64,000 bases of DNA. It comes from Euglena gracilis (taxonomy: Eukaryota). Positions within the stretch are counted from its first letter, which is position 1. Every line of letters starts with the position of its first letter. The notes below the pieces were generated by a model. The model was not told the DNA's origin, ran no database searches, and was given only the letters and a program-made list of their open reading frames with translations. The translations under genes and the position numbers were made by a program. The DNA lies in contig CP154954.1 of the NCBI GenBank assembly GCA_039621445.1, positions 45,115,847 to 45,179,846 on the forward strand, in the 5' to 3' direction. Positions 51,042 to 61,400 of the stretch are shown here, in pieces.

Positions 51042-51179
51042 CCCTAAACCGTAACCCTAACCCTAACCCTAACCATAACCCTAACCCTAACCCTAACCCT
51101 AACCCTAACCCTAACCATACCCCTAACCCTAACCCTAACCCTAACCCTAACCCTAACCCTAACCCTAACCCTAACCCTA
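51042..51179 (-). repeat. Interstitial telomeric repeat (TTAGGG)n, ~22 units
   Basis: (CCCTAA)n on the + strand with a few variant units. Confidence 0.95.
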
Positions 51180-51180
51180 C

Positions 51181-51428
51181 GTGCTGTGTGGTTTCTAATG
51201 GGAGCTGCCCACACCCCCCTCTTGCAGAATCTCTTTGGTGAGGGAATTCACTCTGTCTGAGGTCAAAGGCCTTTTCCCATACAAAAACCATAACAAAATA
51301 TTTTTGTGTCCAACCATGTGGGCTGTCCTCCCCACATATTCTTGCAATAAATGCCATGGGCTTATGAGTGGGCTGTGTGGCATATTCATTACCTCCTCCT
51401 CTGGGGTACTGCCACCCTTTCCTTTCCT
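51181..51428 (-). repeat. Diverged second copy of 48310-48552 (3' region of the decayed retroelement)
   Basis: Shared blocks GTGCTGTG, TTTTTGTGTCCAACCATGTGGGCT, TTCTTGCAA.AAATGCCA, CTTATGAGTGGG and GGTACTGCCA. Confidence 0.85.
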
Positions 51429-52194
51429 TTGGCCTGGACGACCTTTTGGGTGGGGGTCCCCCCCCCGACACCTTGGTGCGGACCAGGTTCTGAGTAGTGC
51501 TGAGCTCTTGATAAGCGCGCACCCAACCCCTTCGTTGACCCCCCATATACACCGGCCCACAGTGTACGTCCAAAGCTTTCCCTTTTTCCCTTTTTGGGAC
51601 TTTCTGTAAAAGCCTTTCGCTTTCGCCTTGGTGCGCAGCCTACTTATGGTAGGGAAAAGTCTTTGGAGTAACGAAAAGTGGTTTTCCCCTTTTCTTCCCA
51701 ATTCCCCAAGAAGCAAAGCACAAAGCAAAGACTCAGAAGTTCCTTCTGAGATCAAGTTCGATTGTTCCGAGGGTTTTTCCCTCTGACAAAACCAATGGTC
51801 AAACTTGGAATTGATGACAGTGAAGAATACCACCTGTGGGGGAAGGAGAGAAAAGTGCTGACGTGTCCAGGGGCAGAGCCCAGAAGGGTCTGCCACGATC
51901 CTACCAGCTGTGGTTTTCCACAGTGGTGCGACCGTCACAGAACCCACTCTGCAGATATCCTACAGAGCTGGGACGTGCCTGGTACACATCCCCCTCCCAG
52001 GGCTACGCCCGATTTCCTTCATGGACCAGGGTTTCCCAGTCCAGTCAGGATATCTGACGCTGCCCTAGGTGGGGTTCACCTCTCCATTCGGTGTCTCTCC
52101 TTTCCGCACAGTGGCATCCACCCAAAGCCCAAAAACGCGCAAAAGGTTAGCCGCGTTTCGCGGTTACCTATTAGCCGTTTCGGCTTAGGTGGGG

Positions 52195-52630
52195 TGTGAA
52201 GAAGCCCACTGTGTAAAACGGGGCTTGGCAGGTTTCCTGACAAAGTGTCCCATCCACCCACTTTGGGTGTGCCAAAGGCACGCGGGGTTGGTCAAGCGAT
52301 TTGCTGAAAACCCGAGGGGAGAGGTGTGGAAGGGGGGGGCAGGCTCCTATCCTGGTCATACCCGGATAGGGCTCCTAGGCGGTCATATCCGCACTAGGAA
52401 ACAAAAGCCTACTTACAAAACCGACTGCCGGCGACAGCTTTGCGGGGGTGGGGGGAAAGTAGGGAGGACAGGGGGGCTGGCTTAGGCCAGAACAGAATTT
52501 TTGCTGTCTGGCAGCCTTAAGGGCCTTAGGGCCGAAAAGTGACAAGTTGGCCTATTATTACGGCGTGCGCGCTGTGTGCTGTGCGTCACTTAGCGGCTTG
52601 CCAGGTTTCCCGGCTGCCAAAGTCTTCACA
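52195..52630 (-). repeat. Candidate 3' LTR
   Basis: Bounded by the 8-bp inverted repeat TGTGAAGA ... TCTTCACA, 265 bp past the accessory ORF stop. No convincing polypurine tract, and the partner LTR is not in the window. Confidence 0.35.
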
Positions 52631-52895
52631 GCAGTAGCTCCTTCACAACGCAATAAGAGGCGATTACCTCTTGCAGACGGTTTCCGTCCGCATGGCCATT
52701 GGCAGAGGGGCTGGTGGCGGGGGGGGGGGGGGCTCTTGGATGCTTCCATCCAGAGCGTAGAGTGACACAGACCCAGGTTCATCCCAGGGCTGTTTAGCGA
52801 TTTCCGCTACCATTGTATATATATGTATAGGATATGGATGTCCAGGCTCCATGAAGGCACTTACCTTACATGAGCCTGGTAATGCCGTTTCGGCA

Positions 52896-55800
52896 TTACA
52901 TCCGTTCCAGCCGCCAATAATCATGGCGGGAGTCCAAGGGATCTTCCACAAGGACCATATGGAATTGTGGTGGTGGTGGCCTATCTACGAGCCAGGTTTC
53001 TGGCGATTCGTATTCGAAATCAGGTGCCACCCAGTCCCGAACCCATCCTTCGGGGACTGGATGCTTGGTTGCACTCGCTCTTTCCGCGAGGAACCATTGC
53101 AGTTTCTCCCAGAATTTCCTGGGCAGAGTTGCTGACCAGATGAAGTAGTTCATCCTTGGGTGATTGGCCGGCACCTGCGGGGCATTCCCCGGGTGGAAGT
53201 CAATCGGCATGTGATAGGCGCATTCCGCCCGGACTGTATGGGGTCGTAATACGGCCCCAAGCCAGTCTTTCCAGGTCATCCCGTGGTTTTCGGGTGGCCA
53301 TTGTGGCAGGCACCAGCGACCGTTTCGGTGCTGGTTTTGGAACAGGCGGAAAAGTATCTTTTCCCTGTCTGCTGTCTCCCAGAGGTAAGGTAATCTTACC
53401 CCTGCCTCCTCAGCAGCGAGGCGTATCGCCCCACTGTCGATCTGCCACCCACGGGCCATTCCCGTGTGGCGGTAGTCGTCCAGCTTGAGGTTGGCATACT
53501 TGAAAAAGTCCTTGAACTTTTTGTTCAAGGTGGAGTATTCCTCCAGTGGCTTCTCGGCACTTGGCACGATTGTGCGTACTGCGCCTTCCGCAGTGTGCCA
53601 GAAGGTACCTCGAAGGCAGTTGACGCAGAGAACTGGTACATTCGTACCGTCTCGGTCCGTGTAGCTGAAATTGTGCTTGTGGGTCCAACTGTCCACGCAC
53701 TTGGCGCATACCAAGGCGGCACAGTTAGGGATGTATACATCCTTGTGGAACGATTTCCGATCCACAGGGTTGCACACATGGACGAGGGGTAATCCCAGGT
53801 CAAGTGCACTGTTGTACATCTTGTGGCATACAGTGCAAAGCCACACAAAACGGTTTTCCGTTGTTTTGTCGATGAGGAATTCCTCACCGAAGAATTCGGC
53901 CAAAACACGGGGAGATCTGGAATTGTAATAATTCCAGGTCACATTCTGATCAAAGGACCATTTCCGTCCCTGACAGAACAGTGGCTCAATCCACCGGTTA
54001 AGGCATTGCTGTGTCCTCAATTTATGTGCGATCATCATGTACCTGTTTTTCAGGTCATGAATGTCAGGGTCATCCTGATTGATCGCGTTCCAGTCGATGA
54101 CAACTTCGTCTTCTGAAGGTGTCTCGGCTGTCGAGGCGCGGGATTTTCCCTGCCCCTTTGTCGGAGGTTTCGGCTGTGAGGTTTTCCCATAGCCGGATGA
54201 CGTGACGTGCGTGAATCCTTGTCCCGAGGTTAATCCCCGAGAAGAGGATGCAGCACTCTGGCCGCCAGCACCACCACCGCCTTTCGGTGGGGGCTGATCA
54301 CCAGATTTCGGTGTGGGTTTGCAAGGTGCGGCGCCCGGCTTACTTTTCGCCGGGGCCTTCGGGCTTCCGGCTTCCGGAGTCTCCGAGGGCCGCCGCTCGG
54401 CGTCTCGCTTGCTTGCCCACGTGCGTGGTGACGCTTGGGACGGGGGTCTTTTCCCCGACGCCGAACGTCGTTGACCTTCAGCAGGGGTTTCCCGAGCTGA
54501 TGGTCGTCCTACACGCTCCTTCGCGGCTCCCGAAGGTTTCCCAGGGGTAGCCGTGGGGGATGGTGTTGGTGTAGGCCTAGCCTGTGCACTTCGCGCTGGC
54601 TGAGCCTGTGGTGGAGGCATGGACGCCCGCTCGGCCTGTTTTTCAGGCGCCGGTGTCCGTGTGCCTTGACGCTTCTCTGCCGTGACTGTGGCTGTACCAT
54701 GAGATACGGGTTCATCCCGTGCCTCCGGTGGTACCGCCGGTGTCGATACAGGTTCATCCTGTACTGACACGGCTGGTGTTGTCTCCACAGTCATTGCTGT
54801 CCGTTCGCCTTCCGTCCGTGTCGCTTCCGACACTGGCGGTGGCGCTGCCGTTGGGGGAGGTTCATCCTCCACCATGGCTGCAATGTCAGATGTGTCTTCC
54901 GTCAGCTGGGCAGTTTCCGCCGCAGCTGTGGAAGAACTGGCCGCAGTGCCACGTGGAGTGACTACTGCGATCAGTGACCGTAAACCACCGAGTACGCGTC
55001 CGCCCAGTGAGGTGCGTCTCTCCTCACCTGAAGTGGGCTCCTCGGCTGGCTCCTCTGTTAACGGGGTTTCCCCGGAAACAGGGAGCTTGAGGCGTAATAC
55101 CTCAGGCGTGTGGGGTACCGTTTCCGGCGGGTTTTCCCGCGGAGGGGTTGGTACACCCGCTGTACCCAGTGAGGCTGGTGATAGAGGGACAGGTGTCATT
55201 TCACCTGCTTGTGATCCTGGGTGTTGGGCGGTTTCTGCCACAGTATCCAGCATCACTACCGATGGGCTACGGGTTTCCCGTGCCGGAGGTTCCGTTGGCT
55301 GAGGTTCATCCTCAGCCATTGGGACCTCCTCCTCCTCATCCGCTTCCGGAGAGGATTCGGCTGCGTGTAGCTGTGCTGCAGAACGCGGGTCTTTCCCGCT
55401 CCTGTAGCACCCTTGTGCGTTTGACAGGCGGAAAAAGCTAATACTTTCACTCCTGTCAGAGTTGGGGTATGGGGGCGGCCACGTCGCTCTCACCCAGCTT
55501 TCGGGTGGAGGCTGTGGTTGATCATCGTCGATCAAGCAAAGGTCTTCCCACTGCCGTCGACAATGGTCAGTCACGCCAAACTCTCCTGTTTCTTCCAGGA
55601 ATGCTGGCAGTGGCAACGCGTAACGAGGGACTTCCCCTTCGTGCGCCGCGAAAAACATCTGAAAATCCTCCCATATCAGGATATTCCCGAATTGGGTATC
55701 CAGGTGTTCCTGGAGACCGATTTCGGCCTCTTCCCAGTCTGGTCGCAGGTTCATCCTGCGCTGGTCTGGGTCATTGGGTCTGGCGTTCACCTCCATATAT

Positions 55801-58336
55801 CCCCGAGGCAACCACTTTCTGTGGATTTCCACATCGGCGGTCATATATTCCAGGAAATATATGTAGACCTCCAGGACGTAGGTAATCCACGCCCTGTGCC
55901 AGTACTGCTGCAGCAGAAATATTTTCTGCCGGTGCTGTTTCAGCACCTTTCGGTCTTGCGTTCCAATCTGGGGATTCCGGCACTGATGCAGGAGGAATCT
56001 CCTGGTCGGCTGGCTGCCGGCATTCTCGGCAGACGGAGGCGGTTTTCCGCGTTCTCCGAAACCCCAGAAGTCAACGATGTGGACTTCCTTGCAAAACTGG
56101 CATTCCAGTTTGTACCGCTGGGGGTACGCGAGGTCCACGTCCAGTACCTTGAACAGCATGCCATACATGCTGTCCAAGAAGACTTGGAGGTTGTTCGTGA
56201 ACATTACCGCAGCCTGCGCCTGGAGTTTCTCCGGCAGGGGGTAATACTTCCACTGGATTCCCAGTGCGCTGACCGAAAACATGTGGTTGAAGATTTCCTT
56301 CAACTGTGCGACGAACGTTTCGCCGTCTTCACAGGTATTCAGGCAATCGATATACGTCAGACCGTTTCGGTCGGTAAAAATGCCGAAATTCTGGCAGGGG
56401 TATCCCAACCAGAACCACAGTTCCCAGAAACCAGGCATCTGGTCCAGGACAACTTCATTCGAATGAGGGTATCCCTCGAACGCATGAAGTTCGGCACTGT
56501 AGAAAAAACGTTTGCAGTGATCGTTCATACGATTCTGCACCACTTCGAGCACCGCATCCGGTGGTCGGTGGATCACGTTGCCTGCCCTTGTGAACTTTTG
56601 GAGATCTTCGTCGATTTTCGGCCAGATCTCCTCCAGCTACTTGAACACTGAGGCAACGTCATAATCCTTCGTTTTCGAAGGCTCGGCGGCTTTCCCGCCC
56701 TTACCTGCTGGGGGTCCGGCAGATTTACCGCCTTTGCCTGGAGCTAGCCAGGCGGCTTTTCCGCCTTTGCCAGGTGGGGCTTTCCCACCTTTCTCCTGGC
56801 CTTTTCCTTTCCCCTTACCTTTGCCCTTTCCTTTACCCTTGCCCTTTGTGTTTGACAGCCATTCGAATGTCGCCCGGTATGGGTCAAAGTATTCCCAGTA
56901 TTCTGGGTCTTCTGGCGTAAACACTGGGTAAGTCACGGATTCCGTGCTTGGCGTTCGAGCAAATTCCTGCTCAGCATCACCACGATTCGAGTAAACCGGT
57001 GCGACTGGGGATGGTCGGGTTTCCCGACGTGCCCGTTCTGCCGTCACGTCGGGCGCTGGCGGAGCTTCCTCCTCAGCGTCGACGTGCATCGCCGCGGGCG
57101 GATTTTCCGACCTCGGCGAGCGGCGCTGTGGCTGCGGCGTCAGATTTTCCGGGCCGCGGTCACGCTTGCCGGCGGCAGAGCTTGTGGGTCGTGCTGGTGG
57201 CGCTTCCGCCACAGCCACGTCCCGCTGTCGCGCTGGTTGACTTGACCGTGATGGAGCTGGCTCCTGTGAGAGCCGACACAGCAGCATCATACTGCTGGCG
57301 CTCTTCCCGTGTCATTTCCGCCCGGGCAGGGTATCCCTGGCCAGCGGAAACAGGGGGGCGACGTGCGATTTGTCGTTGGATCGTCACAGCATATTCATAC
57401 TGTTGACGCTCCTCCTCAGTCTCGAACGGCCGACCAGTCCACGGGTTAACGGGTTCATCCCGTGCCGGGGGAACTGGTGCCGCACGAGGCGCTGCCGCGG
57501 CTTCCCGCGGACGAGCGCTTCGGGCAGAGTCAGACGTCGGGGGAGGATTTCCCTCCGCAGGACGTCGTGGGATAGGGTCAGGTATGGTTGGGTGGGGTTG
57601 AGGTGGATATACGTACTGATCCCGTGGCATTGGCGCCTCCTGGGGATAATCCCCAGAGACGGTGTACTGAGACACAGGCTCCTGCGCAGGATAATCCCGC
57701 CGGGGCATGCGCTCAGGGGATCGAAAAATACTTTCTTTCACACGTGGGTGTTCACTCCGGACAGGTGCTTCCACTGTCTCTTCCTCGGGTAATCCGGGGG
57801 AGTGAGCACGAAAATGTGCAGTGTAAGTGCCAACTGGTGGTACCTGCCGTGCGACCTGTGGCGGGACTTCCACGCCCAGGTCACGCATGGTAATGTCTGC
57901 CGCGAATCCCGACGCGTCCGGGTCGGTGTAAATACACCAGACCGGTCATCGTCGCCTGGGCGCACATACACCACAGGGCTGGAGGGGTATTCGCGATGGT
58001 CAAAACTTTACGGCAGTGGTCATCCCACAATGCCTGTGTGAGTTGGTCTGGTGCCGGGTTTGCGCTCATACGCATAACCCGGTTCATCGTCTCCGCCGTG
58101 CGGTGGATCATCACACCCGCATACGGTGGGAGGCGACGAGAGCCTGATGGCTGAGATGGCCGCGCTTCCGCGGGCATCTGGGTCATCCTGCTACTGCTGC
58201 TGGCTTCAGGGTTTCCCTGAGCCGCAGTCCGTGCAGGTGGCTGCGTACCGTATCGGTACGCATACTGGTCAGGTTGAGGGTGAGTGGTGGGGTGGTAAGG
58301 CGGTCCTCCGCCTGGCTCCCTTCCGCCGGGCAGCAT
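52896..58336 (-). CDS. Accessory ORF of the retrotransposon (~1,800 codons when joined); unknown function, Cys-rich RING/Zn-finger-like C-terminal domain
   Basis: Track ORFs 57881-58336, 57738-57974, 57160-57888, 56637-57290 and 52896-56576 chain together. The breaks are short-repeat frameshifts (~58003, ~57943, ~57270) and one in-frame TAG (56637-39). Cys cluster CTVC..C..H..C..CAKC..CVNC at ~53615-53840. Confidence 0.7.
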
Positions 58337-58427
58337 AATACAGCCCGGGGTCGGTACGGTAGGATGTTTGGGTTGTTGGTTGTAAGGTGTGTGAGGGTAA
58401 CCGCTTGAGTATTATTTGGTAAAAAGT

Positions 58428-58478
58428 CTGCGGAAAGAAAGAATGATAAGAATCAATGATAAAAAGAAGAGAAAACAA
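58428..58478 (-). promoter_or_regulatory. Candidate 3' splice / spliced-leader acceptor upstream of the accessory ORF
   Basis: Minus strand TTGTTTTCTCTTCTTTTTATCATTGATTCTTATCATTCTTTCTTTCCGCAG, between the pol stop (58499) and the ATG at 58336. Confidence 0.6.
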
Positions 58479-58498
58479 CATGGGTTTCCCATGCGTTC

Positions 58499-61400
58499 TC
58501 AAAAACTTGTCATGGAAACATCAATGTTATGTTTCTTGTTCCACAGCTTCCAATCTTGCTGGACATACCCAACAAAACTGGTTGCTGGCTCCCAAGTGTC
58601 CTCCTCGGGCCCATACCCTTTCCAGCGGACCTTCCAAAGGTGCATACCTTTGTCGATTTTGTGATCGATAATTTTATCGACTACAAAGTCGTCCGTCTCA
58701 GGTAATCTGGAACGGGGTTTGAAGTGCAAACACGGGATGGGTTTCCCATCCGGTGGCGACAGGTATGGTTTGAAGTCGTCCATATGAACGTCCTCAACAC
58801 CATTCGGTAATGCAACCTTGTAACGCCCGCTGGTACCTAGTCTTTCTAGGATTTCACAGGGGCCGAGCCAGAGGGGGTCCAGCTTGGAAGACTGCATGCG
58901 AGTACGGCTATTCCGTACCCACACGCGGTCACCGGGACTATACACAGGTGACTTGAAATTCTGCAAAAACGATTTCCGTTTTGCTGCATGAATATCAGTC
59001 ACGCGCTTCTGGACTGCAGAACGTAGATTTTCTACTTCCGCAAACCAGGTCTCGCAACTGACACTCGTTCGGGCGGGTCTCTCCGAAGGGACATCCCCTA
59101 TGGCCGGAGGGTCCCGTCCGAAAACTAATTTATAGGGGGAGTGAGGTAAAACCAACCCTGGTAGGGTATTGATATAAAACAAAGACCATGGTAGAACTGA
59201 TATCCAGTTGCTGCGCGAGTCAGCCAGTGAAAGGCGAAGCATATTCACGACGGATTTCACGGCTGCCTCGGCTCTACCATTGCCTTTGGGTCGGTATATA
59301 ATGGAAAAATGTTGCTCGATTCCGAGTAAACCGCACAAAGTGGTGAAAAACCTTGAAGAAATCAAATGGTCTTGATCACTCACGATTTCATTCGGTAAAC
59401 CCATTAAGCAAATGCATTTCTCCAAAAATATAGTTGCCAAACTTTGGGCAGTCAACCCTGACTTCTGGCATGGAATGGCTACAATGTACCCACTCAGCCT
59501 GCAGACGACAACAAAAACGTAATCGTAAATTTTGTCGTCCGTTCCTTTGCACGGTTCTAATTCCAGAAAATCCATGCAGAGGGATGTAAAAATGTCAGGG
59601 GGTACGGGGAAAAAGTCCATCGTACCAGGGGGGGTACCTCTGCGGGGTTTTACCGCTTGACAAATTTGACACCGTTGCGCTATTCGCAAACAGCGTGAGT
59701 AAAGCTCTTTCTCGCTCAGGGTTGTGCAGTACCTGCGGCCCACCAACGAAAGAAGTTTGGGGGCCCCAGGGTGACCATGGTTGTGATAACACAAAATCAC
59801 ATCATCAACCAGGTCCTGGGGATACAATATTTGTAACCCGATTCATTGCGAAAAACCAACCGTAAAGGTGAAAGAGTGTAATTGTCCAGCACTTCGCCAT
59901 TACGAAGTCTGGTGACAATGGTGTCATACACCGGATCACGACTATAATCCCATTCGCGAAAGAACAGTGGGGAAGGGGACTCCGTGCGCGTAATACGCCG
60001 GGGCCCGGACGTGCTTCCACGTCGGCGCCTTCCTCGCACTGGTGCGACCAGGAATAGTTGTGAAACGGGAAAAGAATCCAAAAGATTATCCGCAGCGTCG
60101 TTTCGACGTGCGTAGTCGTCAGCTTCCTGACTTCCATGAAAAGTCGCGTCTCCCTCATCCGGGTTCCCAGGGTAATACCAAGGGGCCCGACTGAGCGGAT
60201 CCGCTACTTTTTGTGTGTGACCAGGGGTATAGATAACCACAAGGTTGAATTGACTCAAGAACTCATGCCATCTGCATCGCCTTCCGACCGATGACATGGC
60301 CTTGTTCAAATCCTCGGTGTACCAGTGTTGGAGACTCTCATGGTCGGTCTTGACGAGGATCTGGACGAGGCTGCTGGCTACCCAGCTTCGGAATTTCTGG
60401 AGTATAAGCACGATTGCGTAGGTTTCCTTCTCGCGTATACTCCAGTTGACTTGACCTTTTCCATCGTCGCCCTGTAACTTTCTGCTGAAGAAAGCCACAG
60501 GTCGGAGCTCATTCGCCGCATTATGCTGGCTAAGAACTCCGCCAACAGCGTAATCGCTGCTGTCGACTTCCAACACGTATGGTTTGTACGGGTCCGCGAT
60601 TTCGAGGACAACATTTTCCAAAAGCAAAACCTTGATTTTCTCAAGGGCCTCGCGCATTTGGTCATCCCAAATGACTTTGGTGTTGTCAACAGCCCGGTTT
60701 TTGAGCTGTTTGGTGAGGGGCACCGCGATTTTCGCGAAGTCCTTCATATAAATCGCGTAGTATTGGGCTAATCCCAAAAACCCTTTGAGGTGTGTTGTCG
60801 TTTTGATTACCTCAGGGGTCCATTTCTTAATAGCTTCGAGTTTACTCGGAGCGGCTTTCCGCTGTCCATTGCTGAGGATGTGCCCGCAAAATTTTACAAG
60901 TATCCGAAACAAATGCATTTTCGCGCCTTTCGCGAAAAGCACATGTTTTTGAAAAGCGGCTAATACCGCGCAAACATGGTGGAAGTGTGTGACGAGGATA
61001 TCCTCGCTCGATTTTGCGGATGGTGGTGGTGTTCCCACCAGCACATCATCAATGTACACAATGGCAAACGGTAAATCGCGTAGAACCCATTGTATCATGC
61101 GCTGAAACATGGCTGGGCCATTCTTAACACCCATGGGGAGTACCGTCCATTGGTACACACCGTTGGATGTCACGAATTCCGTGTTAGGTTGGGAGTCAGG
61201 GTGTAAGTGCATTTGGTGAAAACCGTCCTCCAGATCGAAAATTGACCACAACCGGTTTTCCGATTGTTTGGTGATCAAATCCTCGATCAGGGAGAGCGGG
61301 AAGGGATCATCCCTTGTTTGGGAGTTCAGGTACCGGTAATCCAGCACCAGCCTCCATTTCTTCTGACCTGAGGGGTCTGGGGGTTTAGGAACGACAAATG

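Noticed and set aside
55518-56651. 377-aa plus-strand ORF
   Set aside because: It lies antisense to the accessory ORF in the codon-aligned shadow frame, has no recognisable motifs, and is typical of antisense open frames.
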